From Spirochaetota bacterium (GTDB lineage Bacteria > Spirochaetota > Brachyspiria > Brachyspirales > JACRPF01), in contig JBBTBY010000043.1 in assembly GCA_038043445.1 (NCBI GenBank), positions 279 through 64,278 of the forward strand: a stretch of DNA of 64,000 nt, read 5' to 3'. Numbering within the stretch: the first letter of the stretch is position 1; every line of letters starts with the position of its first letter. The notes beneath the pieces were generated by a model. It searched no databases. It had not been told where the DNA came from and saw only the letters and a list, made by a program, of their open reading frames with translations. Of the stretch, positions 36,427 through 44,170 are shown piece after piece. The translations under genes and the position numbers were made by a program.

Positions 36427-37821
36427 ATGAACATACTTCTCATCAATCCCAACGGCATCGTCATGAACACCCGCGAGTCGCTCCCGCCGGGTCTCGGCTA
36501 CATCGCCGCGGTCATCGAGAAAGCGGGTCACGCCGTCCATGTCCTTGACCTCACCGTCGATGAGAAATCGACGACGGAGATAATAGATGCCATATCCAGC
36601 GCCGATCTCTGCGGCATCACCGCGAGCACGCCGACGATAAAGCGCGCATGGCAGATCGCCGAACTGTGCAGAAAGCGCTCGGTACCGGTGGTGCTGGGCG
36701 GGCCGCATGTGAGCGCGTTGCCGGAAGAAGCGGCTCATTACTGTGACGTCGTCGTACGCGGCGAGGGCGAGCGGACCATCGTCGAATTGCTCGCGAATTT
36801 CGATAAGGTCCGCACACGCGATCTCTCCCACATCGCAGGGCTTTCTTATTTGAAGGACGGTGTCGTGGTCCATACGCCTGACCGAGAGCGCATCAAGGAC
36901 TTGAACGAAGTACCCTATCCCGCGTGGCATCTCTTCCCTCCGCTTACGATGTATTCCACGCAGCAGCCGCTCCTCGACAAGAACGTCCTTTCCGCGGGCA
37001 TGATCACCTCGCGCGGCTGTCCATACCAATGCGTGTTCTGCTACAAGGGGATATTCGGAACCTCCTGCCGGATGCGGAGCGCCGACAATGTCCTCGGCGA
37101 GTGGCGCATGCTCGTGAAGGATTATCGCGTTAAGCAGATAGGCATTGTGGATGATTCGTTCACCTCATCGCCGCGGCGTGTCATCGAGATATGTAAAAAG
37201 ATCGTCGATGAAAAGCTCGTCGTCGAATGGGTGATGCCCTCGGGAATTCGCGTGAAGCCGATATCAGAAGAGATGCTCATGTGGATGAAGCGCGCCGGCT
37301 GTACGCGCGTGGGTTTCGGCGTTGAGTCAGGATCGCAGCGCATGCTCGATGCGATACAGAAGAACATCACGCTCGACGACATACGCGCCGCGTTCAGGCT
37401 CGCGAAAAAGGTCGGCCTCGAAACGGTGGCGTTCTTCATGATAGGGAATTTCGGCGAGACCGAAGAGACCATGCAGGCGACCATCGACTTCGCGAAGGAG
37501 CTTAATCCCTCCTTTGCGCAATTCCTCATCACGGTGCCGTATCCGGGGACGAAGCTCTACGATATGATCAGGAGTGACGGGCGGCTTCTCATCGACGATT
37601 GGAATCTCTATGGCACCTTCGAACGCGCGGCCTATTTCGAAACGGACACCATGCCCAAAGAACTTGTCGAGCGTATGCTGAGAAAGGCGTACTTCTCGTT
37701 CTATGTCCGGCCGCTCTACTGGATGCAGCCGTCGATAATGAAGCGCATGATAACGAAGATACCGCATTATGCGTCGCTTTTCGTGCGGTATTTTCTCCGT
37801 TCAGGATCGAAGAAGAAATAA
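36427..37821 (+). CDS. B12-binding domain radical SAM protein
   Basis: The N-terminal B12 domain (NILLINPN...GLGYIAAVIEKAGHAVHVLDL) is followed by a canonical TSRGCPYQCVFCYK and GFGVESGSQRMLD. Confidence 0.85.
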   Translation: MNILLINPNGIVMNTRESLPPGLGYIAAVIEKAGHAVHVLDLTVDEKSTTEIIDAISSADLCGITASTPTIKRAWQIAELCRKRSVPVVLGGPHVSALPEEAAHYCDVVVRGEGERTIVELLANFDKVRTRDLSHIAGLSYLKDGVVVHTPDRERIKDLNEVPYPAWHLFPPLTMYSTQQPLLDKNVLSAGMITSRGCPYQCVFCYKGIFGTSCRMRSADNVLGEWRMLVKDYRVKQIGIVDDSFTSSPRRVIEICKKIVDEKLVVEWVMPSGIRVKPISEEMLMWMKRAGCTRVGFGVESGSQRMLDAIQKNITLDDIRAAFRLAKKVGLETVAFFMIGNFGETEETMQATIDFAKELNPSFAQFLITVPYPGTKLYDMIRSDGRLLIDDWNLYGTFERAAYFETDTMPKELVERMLRKAYFSFYVRPLYWMQPSIMKRMITKIPHYASLFVRYFLRSGSKKK

Positions 37822-37851
37822 CTTCCAAGGCGCTCGGCGCGGACCGAACGC

Positions 37852-38265
37852 TCAATACGTCATGCTTGCCGCGTTGACCATGCCTACCGCGATCGATATT
37901 ATCGCGATGAGGATAGCGGAAGACAACTGGTTCTTCTCAACGTTCTTTATGAGCGACGGCAGGAAGATGCGAATGATAAGGAAGGTCGCCACCTGCACGC
38001 ACAGCGCCACCAACGCCCAGAGGACCATGTCCAGAAAACTCACACTGTGCGATATCGCCGCGACGAGCGGGCAGATAAAGCCGAATATCGCCCCGCCGAA
38101 GCTTATAGCCGGCGCAACGGACCCGCCCCGTATCAGCTTTACCTCGGGATAGGGTGTTACCAGAAGGTAGACGAGCGAAAAGACAAGGACAAGCCCCACG
38201 CCCCCGCCGAAATACTTGAGGAAAGGGATCAGTCCGCTCAGCGATGCCATCACTTCGTTCATCAT
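37852..38265 (-). CDS. DUF350 (YjfL-like) membrane protein
   Basis: 137 aa with 4 TM helices. The C-terminus ...AVGMVNAASMTY parallels E. coli YjfL ...GGIFNAACMTW as I remember it. It lies 3 nt downstream of the GSS-like gene. Confidence 0.65.
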   Translation of the reverse strand: MMNEVMASLSGLIPFLKYFGGGVGLVLVFSLVYLLVTPYPEVKLIRGGSVAPAISFGGAIFGFICPLVAAISHSVSFLDMVLWALVALCVQVATFLIIRIFLPSLIKNVEKNQLSSAILIAIISIAVGMVNAASMTY

Positions 38266-38268
38266 ACG

Positions 38269-39387
38269 TTACTCCTTGAAATAATGTGGAATGAATCTGC
38301 TCGAATTCATGGTTATCTCGGTGGTATCCTCGCGAATGCCTATGCCTGCCGGTTCACCGCCGATGACCCAAGATCCGATCGTCGTGTAATTCCCATCGAA
38401 CGATGGGACCGGCATGTGTTCCTGGTAGATGTATCCCTCCGCACCGTACGTGCCGCCCTTCTCCTGGACGGTGCCGTTGCGGACAATGCTCACATTGCTC
38501 CCTTCGCGCGATAGGAACGGCTTACGCACATAATTGTCACTGAAACGGTTATCGAAGTACGCCGGCAGGAGATTCGGATGCCCGGGGAACAGTTCCCAGA
38601 GTATCGGGAGTATCCCCTTGTTGCTCAGCATGAGTTTCCATGCCGGCTCGATGAAACGCACGCCGCTCTCGGCGATGTGCGGCCCGAAGGAGTCAGCGAA
38701 AAGCCATTCCCACGGATACAGTTTGAACATCGTCTGGATGACAGCGCCATCCTTATCAATGAACTTTTTCTGTCTGCTGTCCCAGCCGATATCCTCGACG
38801 AAGACATGTTTTGTCTCGATGCCCGCCTGCGCGGCCGTATCGCGGATGTACTCAGTGTTCCCAAGATCCTCATCGTGGTCGCGTATGCAGCTGAAATGCA
38901 TCGAACGTATCCCCGTCTTTTTCCACGCCGCAATGAGCTTTTCATGAATGGAATTGAACTGGTCAGCATCTGCTGCACGATCCTTCATCCAATGCCACTG
39001 AACCACGCTCGCCTCAAGGAGTGCTGTGGGCGTATCGGCATTATATTCAAGGAGCTTCGGGTGATCCTTGCCGTCGAAGACAAGATCGAAGCGCCCGTAG
39101 ATGCTCGTTTCCCGCGCATCATACGAATTCATAACATAGGGAATGAATGCCTCGGGGATGCCGATATCTTTTGCCCGTTTCTCACGTACCACATGCAGAA
39201 CGGCCTCGCGGCAGATACGCTCTATCTCGGCGGTGGCCGATTCAAGCATATCGATCTGGTCCGCGGTGAATTCGTAGCATGCGGATTCATCCCAGTACGG
39301 TGCGCCGTCTATCGTATGAAAATTGCACCCGAGCGATTCAACGGCCTCCCGCCAGTTCGTACGCGGCGTGCATTCCCGTCGTATCAC
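38269..39387 (-). CDS. glutathionylspermidine synthase-like ATP-grasp protein (YjfC/YgiC family)
   Basis: (M)IRRECTPRTNWREAVESLGCNFHTIDGAPYWDESACYEF aligns with the YjfC N-terminus (…DFHIIDNEIYWDESRAYRF). The start codon is GTG (39387). Confidence 0.85.
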   Translation of the reverse strand: MIRRECTPRTNWREAVESLGCNFHTIDGAPYWDESACYEFTADQIDMLESATAEIERICREAVLHVVREKRAKDIGIPEAFIPYVMNSYDARETSIYGRFDLVFDGKDHPKLLEYNADTPTALLEASVVQWHWMKDRAADADQFNSIHEKLIAAWKKTGIRSMHFSCIRDHDEDLGNTEYIRDTAAQAGIETKHVFVEDIGWDSRQKKFIDKDGAVIQTMFKLYPWEWLFADSFGPHIAESGVRFIEPAWKLMLSNKGILPILWELFPGHPNLLPAYFDNRFSDNYVRKPFLSREGSNVSIVRNGTVQEKGGTYGAEGYIYQEHMPVPSFDGNYTTIGSWVIGGEPAGIGIREDTTEITMNSSRFIPHYFKE

Positions 39388-39390
39388 TGA

Positions 39391-39708
39391 TCAGCCGCCC
39401 GAGCTGTGGCTCGCGGCCGAACCGCCGAACCCGCCGCGGGAAACAGGCGATGCCCCGTCCGGCGAGGATGCCGCTTTCGCGCTCCCGGCTGTGCCGGTAC
39501 CATGATAATATGTCGAGCCCCGGTAATAGCGGGAGGCGGAATTTGTTGCCATATTCGTGATAACACTCTTGCCCTGCACTGCGGTCCAATTGCCTCCGCC
39601 CGCCGTCGCATTACTGGTGCGCGCTTCGCCATTGGAGAGCGCCATGCCGCCGATGAGCACAAGCGATACGTGCAGTGATGATCTTCGTTTCCTGGCGTGG
39701 TCACTCAT
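39391..39708 (-). CDS. DUF1190-like (YjfM/YgiB-like) small secreted or anchored Gly-rich protein
   Basis: One of three overlapping minus-strand frames. I chose it for its AAGGAG RBS, its N-terminal basic and hydrophobic anchor, its C-terminus VSRGGFGGSAASHSSGG (YgiB ends TRGGFG...SMGG) and its conserved position directly upstream of the GSS-like gene. Confidence 0.55.
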   Translation of the reverse strand: MSDHARKRRSSLHVSLVLIGGMALSNGEARTSNATAGGGNWTAVQGKSVITNMATNSASRYYRGSTYYHGTGTAGSAKAASSPDGASPVSRGGFGGSAASHSSGG

Positions 39709-39765
39709 ATGATCTCCTTGATGGTGGGATGTCCGTTGCTGTCCGATACCGCCCGTTCTTCCGAC

Positions 39766-39793
39766 AGTATAGTCTGCGGAGTGGCACTGTCAA
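39766..39793 (-). promoter_or_regulatory. sigma70-type promoter of DUF1190/GSS-like/DUF350 operon
   Basis: The minus strand reads TTGACA gtgccactccgcagac TATACT. A leader of about 55 nt follows. Confidence 0.55.
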
Positions 39794-39804
39794 GTGCGAA
39801 ACCG

Positions 39805-40065
39805 CTATGCCTTCGCATCGATCACGGCGATGCGGTCATCGGCAATGACCACGGCTTTGTCTCCCTCGCGGATGCGCTCTGTCGGAGCGCAGGCGAGCAT
39901 CTGTTCCCTGCCGCGAACGATCCCGACAACTGCGCTATCATGGGAAAGGCCCCAGAGCACGATATCGCGGAACGTGAGCCCGTCTCGCACGGCAAGCGGG
40001 ATGCTGTATATTTCCTTACGCTTTCGTTGCTTAACAGCTCGTCGAAGATATCCTTGGTCAATCAC
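39805..40065 (-). CDS. stand-alone TrkA-C (RCK C-terminal) domain mini-protein, N-terminus uncertain
   Basis: The C-terminal 70 aa, EIYSIPLAVRDGLTFRDIVLWGLSHDSAVVGIVRGREQMLACAPTERIREGDKAVVIADDRIAVI, fits the TrkA_C pattern. It has no in-frame ATG. GTG 40065 overlaps the upstream stop (ATGTGA). A TTG-initiated ORF in another frame (40061) covers the same N-terminal DNA. Confidence 0.45.
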   Translation of the reverse strand: MIDQGYLRRAVKQRKRKEIYSIPLAVRDGLTFRDIVLWGLSHDSAVVGIVRGREQMLACAPTERIREGDKAVVIADDRIAVIDAKA

Positions 40066-41057
40066 ATGAACACGTACTGCCTTTTTCCCGTTCGATCCCG
40101 CTTCGGTATGAAGAATGCAAAACCGCAGACGAGATTGACGATAAGGAGCGCGATATGCGCGGTGAACATGAGCATGCCTCCCTGCGAGTACGATACGCCG
40201 GGAAGGAGCTTTGAGAAGAGGAAAGCGCCGGACAGTTCCGCCACGCCGTACCCGCTGAGCGAAATGGGGATGAGCGTCGCGACCGTGACGAGCGGGATGC
40301 AGACGAAATAGAACGGGAGCGCGATGTTGAGCGAGAGCGCAAGTCCGATGAAATAGTTGAAGAGTATCCTCAGCGTCTGCGTGACGATGACGCATATGAC
40401 CATGAGCAGGGCAAAGCGCCGCTTGTGCTTGAGCCGATGGAACGATTCAAAGACCGTTATGATGAAATGCGAGACCTTCTTCCACGGGATGACGCGCCGG
40501 ACGATGCGAACGAGGAGCGCAAATGTCCTCTCATTATAGAGAATTATCGCCGCCAGCATCGTCACGATGATGAACGCACCGACGATAACGGACACCTGCG
40601 CCGCCTCTATCTTCGAGCGTATGATGAGCGGTGTGAACAGCAGGGATGAGAAAATGAGGATGTAGAGCGTGAGCACGCGGTCGATGAGTATAGCGGACAC
40701 GGTAGTATCCACCGGCGTACCCATCTCCTTCATCTCGATGACCTTGACGACATCGCCGCCGATGGATGTGGGGAGCACATTGTTATAGAAAAGACCGAGG
40801 AAGTAGGCGCGGAACGCGGAGACTGGGTGCACATGCACGCGCGTTGCCAGGAATGCCGTCTGCCACACGAGGAAACCCGTGAACATGCTCACGAACATAA
40901 GCGCCATAGCGAGCACGAAATACCGCACCTGCATGCGGGAGAACATTTCGTATATCTTCGCCCATTCCTTATACACAAGGAATGCAAGCACGCCGAGAAG
41001 GAGGGCGGTGACAACGATCTTTATCGCCGTGAACGGTATTTTCTGTTTCTGTTTCAT
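40062..41057 (-). CDS. UPF0104 / lysylphosphatidylglycerol-synthase-TM-like flippase-like membrane protein
   Basis: 331-aa polytopic protein. FRAYFLGLFYNNVLPTSIGGDVVKV is the family hallmark. Confidence 0.75.
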   Translation of the reverse strand: MKQKQKIPFTAIKIVVTALLLGVLAFLVYKEWAKIYEMFSRMQVRYFVLAMALMFVSMFTGFLVWQTAFLATRVHVHPVSAFRAYFLGLFYNNVLPTSIGGDVVKVIEMKEMGTPVDTTVSAILIDRVLTLYILIFSSLLFTPLIIRSKIEAAQVSVIVGAFIIVTMLAAIILYNERTFALLVRIVRRVIPWKKVSHFIITVFESFHRLKHKRRFALLMVICVIVTQTLRILFNYFIGLALSLNIALPFYFVCIPLVTVATLIPISLSGYGVAELSGAFLFSKLLPGVSYSQGGMLMFTAHIALLIVNLVCGFAFFIPKRDRTGKRQYVFM

Positions 41058-41072
41058 CGCGGTTGTGCCGGC

Positions 41073-41101
41073 AGTATACCGTGTGCATACGGCACTGTCA
41101 A
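41073..41101 (-). promoter_or_regulatory. sigma70-type promoter of the UPF0104 gene
   Basis: The minus strand reads TTGACA gtgccgtatgcacacgg TATACT, followed by 15 nt and then ATG 41057. It shares TTGACAGTGCC with the promoter at 39766-39793. Confidence 0.5.
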
Positions 41102-41125
41102 GGCGATGAACGTTCCTATTCCGGG

Positions 41126-42154
41126 TTACGCCGCCTTCGCTTTGCGGTATCCGTCCTGTTCTTTTATCTCTTCAATGAAGGCGATGAGGTTCTCAAGCGG
41201 CACATCACCCTCAACGGCATGCGCCGGCGAGAAGATATACCCGCCCTCGGAACCGAGATCGATGAGGCGCCGTACTTCGGCGCGCACGCCATCGGCGCTC
41301 GCGTACGGAAGTACTTTCTGCGTGGAAAGCCCGCCGTGGAAAGCGAGACGCCCGCGGTATTTCCGTATGAGCGCCGCGGTATCCATCACCTCCGGCTGGA
41401 ACGGATTAAAGCAGTTGAGTCCGATATCGATAAGATCATCGAAGAGCTCGTCCACGTCGCCGCAGGAATGTATCGTGACATATTTCCCCGCATCGCGTGC
41501 TACGGCGTACATGCGCTTAAGCTCTGGCTTGATGAATTCGCGCCACAGCGCCGGACCCATGATGAGCCCCTGCTGCTGCCCCCAGTCGTCGCCGAAATGT
41601 ATCGCGTCGATATCATATTTTAGCGCTTCCTTCACCTGTGCAATATTGTAATCGGCGATGGCGGAAAGGATTTCATGGACGAATTCCGGGTGTTCATAGA
41701 AGTCCATAAGGAGATTCTCCATGCCGCGAAGCGTCCATGCGCGTTCATAGAGCGAAAACCCGATGTTGAACACGCGGAAGCGGTCGGCACTGCGCGCTAT
41801 ACCCTCGGGCATGCGCTCAAAGATCATCTTATTCTTCGGGTCGGGGAACTGATACCCTTTCATCGTCGGTTGTGCGATGACCGTCCCCTCGATGACGCCG
41901 ATGTCCTTGTCGCTCGAGCGGTCCCAGGTAACGCCGAAAATATCGCGCACGCGGTCATTCCCGATGTCGGTAGAAAAACCCAAACCGCTGCCGAAGCCCG
42001 CATAGTGATTGTCGAAGATCGCTTCATAATTAGCCGTCGGCCCGTAATGCTCTTTCAGCGTATGCATCGCCTCCTGCGTAAAACCATAGCTCCAGGGCAC
42101 GTACGGCGGACGTTTCCCTTCCATTGCCAATATGACCACATCTCGTTTCGTCAT
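41126..42154 (-). CDS. URO-D family protein (MtaA/MT2-like), third paralog
   Basis: 342 aa counted from ATG 42154 (GGAGGAAAC RBS). Motifs include FGDDWGQQQGLIMGPALWREFIKPELKRM and the H-x-C-G motif TIHSCGD. The 665-aa track ORF is over-extended. Confidence 0.75.
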   Translation of the reverse strand: MTKRDVVILAMEGKRPPYVPWSYGFTQEAMHTLKEHYGPTANYEAIFDNHYAGFGSGLGFSTDIGNDRVRDIFGVTWDRSSDKDIGVIEGTVIAQPTMKGYQFPDPKNKMIFERMPEGIARSADRFRVFNIGFSLYERAWTLRGMENLLMDFYEHPEFVHEILSAIADYNIAQVKEALKYDIDAIHFGDDWGQQQGLIMGPALWREFIKPELKRMYAVARDAGKYVTIHSCGDVDELFDDLIDIGLNCFNPFQPEVMDTAALIRKYRGRLAFHGGLSTQKVLPYASADGVRAEVRRLIDLGSEGGYIFSPAHAVEGDVPLENLIAFIEEIKEQDGYRKAKAA

Positions 42155-42265
42155 CGTTTCCTCCGTCAGTTCTGCATCAAAACTACTCACGATAGTCGTT
42201 TTGGGGAATGTTCTACCCTGCCGAAAAGTATGTACTTTCCTGCCGAGCGGATATATAGTATGTAC

Positions 42266-43099
42266 ATGACCGGAGCGTTCGAAACGATACTCAAAAGCGG
42301 TGCCGCCGACCTCTTCGATAATTTCACCGCGCTTTTCGACGTGCGCATCGCATTCTTCGATGTGAACGGCCGCGAGATACGCGCCGGGCTCAACAAGGGG
42401 TCTGCATCGTTCTGCTCGCTTCTCCGGACACGCTTCGATTTCTCCGATAGGTGCCGCGCCTGCGATATAGAAATGCGCGCGGCGGCGGCCGAGTCGGGGC
42501 AGACCGTGCATTATCACTGCCCCGCCGGTCTTGTTGAAGCGATAACACCCGTGATACTGCACGGCAGGCTCTGCGGTTTCGTGATGATCGGACAAGTGCG
42601 CGACCGTACGCGCTTTCCATCCGATCTGTTTCGCGGACGCACGACGGCAGAAAAAAAGACGCTCTCCCGCAGATTTGCCGAACTCCCGTACATAGCGCCG
42701 GAAAGGATGAAAAGTTTTCTGGCAGTATACGGATCGCTCATCGATAATATGATAGCGAAGCATCATATCGCGCTCGCGGGAAATGCCGCACTGGAGGGTA
42801 TGCTCGCGTACATGGAAGCCAATGCGGAGAAAAACCCGCCGCTTGCCGATGTTGCCGCCGCCGCGAAAAAAAAGCCTTCCACCGCAAGTCATATCTTCCG
42901 CAGTGTGCTGAAGGCAAGCTTCCGGCATACCATGAACGAGATGCGTATACGAAAAACGGAGGAGTATGCGGCGGAGCATCCGCGCGCTACCATCGGTGAG
43001 ATAGCCGAACGATTCGCATTTACCGATCAATTCCATTTCTCGAAGCTGTATAAGAAATACCGCGGGAAGTCCCCGTCGAAAATGCTGCGTCATCCGTAG
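42266..43099 (+). CDS. AraC family regulator with N-terminal PocR-type sensor domain
   Basis: The PocR-like region is LFDVRIAFFDVNGREI...FCSLLRTRFDFSDRCRACD...HCPAGLVEAITPVILHGRLCGFVMIGQV. The C-terminal AraC HTH is IGEIAERFAFTDQFHFSKLYKKYRGKSPSKM. The start is ATG 42266 (6 nt after TATAGT) or ATG 42260. Confidence 0.8.
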   Translation: MTGAFETILKSGAADLFDNFTALFDVRIAFFDVNGREIRAGLNKGSASFCSLLRTRFDFSDRCRACDIEMRAAAAESGQTVHYHCPAGLVEAITPVILHGRLCGFVMIGQVRDRTRFPSDLFRGRTTAEKKTLSRRFAELPYIAPERMKSFLAVYGSLIDNMIAKHHIALAGNAALEGMLAYMEANAEKNPPLADVAAAAKKKPSTASHIFRSVLKASFRHTMNEMRIRKTEEYAAEHPRATIGEIAERFAFTDQFHFSKLYKKYRGKSPSKMLRHP

Positions 43100-43103
43100 G
43101 GTA

Positions 43104-43901
43104 CTATTCGACGCGTCCGTCATCGGACATCCCGCCCGTCTGGCCTTTTGCGAGCATGCTTCGCACCCAGTCGCGCAGCGTGGAAAAATACTTCTCCGGG
43201 AATGCGTGGCCTACGCCGGGCATGGTGATCAGGGTGATGTTCACCCCGTAGCCTTTTGCTTCTGCGCAATCGTCCTCGATATGCTGCAGCATCGTTCGGC
43301 GGTCACTTTCTTCCCGATCTCCGCCGATCAGATACAGAATATTCTTCTCTTTCATAATGGTCTTATGCATGCTGGCTAAATAATTCCCGCCGTCGACCAT
43401 GAAATAATTACTGAAATGCTTGAGGATGAACGGATCAACTGCTGAAAGCAGCAGCGCGGTCGTATGCCCTCCGTTTGAAAAGCCTCCGATCGATCCCTTT
43501 CCATGATCGATGTTCGGTATCGCTTTGAAAAGCCTGGTCAGCATCACACGATAGCTTTCACTGATGATCGGATAATCATCATAGGCCTCTATCATGATGC
43601 CGGCATGCACTTCCTTCGGGTCGACCTCTTTCTTGAATAACGGCAGCGAGACGCCGATGATGCCGTCATCCCCCGCTATGCGTCGGACATGGTCCGCATC
43701 CTTTGTATCCCCGTACGCACCCGTACCGCCTTGTATGAACACCAGTATGGGAAAAACGCCGCTCGTTGTATAATTCGCCGGCAGGCATACCTGCATACAG
43801 GCGGGTATATCTGTGTTCGCGGTCAAGGCATGAAGCGTTTTCGGCAATCGGGGAAATTCATACCGCACGGTCGTGCCGGGGATCAGATCTTTTTTCGGCA
43901 T
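43104..43901 (-). CDS. alpha/beta-hydrolase esterase
   Basis: 265 aa counted from MPKKDL. FPILVFIQGGTGAYG and the nucleophile elbow GSIGGFSNGGHT (GxSxG) are present. The track start at 44129 runs through the predicted promoter. Confidence 0.7.
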   Translation of the reverse strand: MPKKDLIPGTTVRYEFPRLPKTLHALTANTDIPACMQVCLPANYTTSGVFPILVFIQGGTGAYGDTKDADHVRRIAGDDGIIGVSLPLFKKEVDPKEVHAGIMIEAYDDYPIISESYRVMLTRLFKAIPNIDHGKGSIGGFSNGGHTTALLLSAVDPFILKHFSNYFMVDGGNYLASMHKTIMKEKNILYLIGGDREESDRRTMLQHIEDDCAEAKGYGVNITLITMPGVGHAFPEKYFSTLRDWVRSMLAKGQTGGMSDDGRVE

Positions 43902-43911
43902 GGTGACTGAT

Positions 43912-43940
43912 AGTATAGTGCAGTTGTTATGGACCGTCAA
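43912..43940 (-). promoter_or_regulatory. sigma70-type promoter of esterase gene, near-leaderless
   Basis: The minus strand reads TTGACG gtccataacaactgcac TATACT atcagtcacc ATG(43901). Confidence 0.5.
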
Positions 43941-43970
43941 TCCGCATGTGTGAATTCCGCATGTGTGAAT
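43941..43970. repeat. perfect tandem direct repeat 2 x TCCGCATGTGTGAAT (15 bp) directly abutting the -35
   Basis: 43941-43955 and 43956-43970 are identical. The array starts at the base next to the -35 hexamer of the esterase promoter. Confidence 0.7.
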
Positions 43971-44008
43971 TCGATGGGGATGATCGGTGTAGACTGGCGT
44001 GAATACAT

Positions 44009-44036
44009 AGAACAAGGGGTCATGACCCCTTGTTCT
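44009..44036. repeat. perfect 28-bp palindrome, copy C of the intergenic repeat family
   Basis: AGAACAAGGGGTCA|TGACCCCTTGTTCT has flanks CATAG... and ...CATCGATTCT. The box CGCGACAGTCTCG is at 44097-44109, and a degenerate inverted box TAGACTGGCGTG is at 43990-44001. Confidence 0.7.
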
Positions 44037-44117
44037 CATCGATTCTACCGCTTTTCTTCCGGTCGTTCGATTATGTTCAATGGCGTATGGTATTTCCGCG
44101 ACAGTCTCGGCGATTCG

Positions 44118-44146
44118 TTGAGAAATCATCGATTTCAGTGTACAAT
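44118..44146 (+). promoter_or_regulatory. sigma70-type promoter of nspC
   Basis: TTGAGA aatcatcgatttcagtg TACAAT, followed by a 24-nt leader before ATG 44171. Confidence 0.45.
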
Positions 44147-44170
44147 GCCTGCATCTTTTCGGCGGGGATC

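Noticed and set aside
39338-39704. Two alternative minus-strand ORFs (83 aa and 106 aa) overlapping the DUF1190-like call.
   Set aside because: Their products are Arg/Pro/His-rich and lack an RBS. The 39391-39708 frame has an AAGGAG RBS, an N-terminal anchor and the YgiB/YjfM-like GGFG...GG C-terminus.
43941-43970. Possible CRISPR or other repeat array, considered for this locus and for 22228-22254.
   Set aside because: There are only two units and no spacers, the units are 13-15 bp long, and no cas genes are present. They are better interpreted as regulator binding sites next to -35 boxes.
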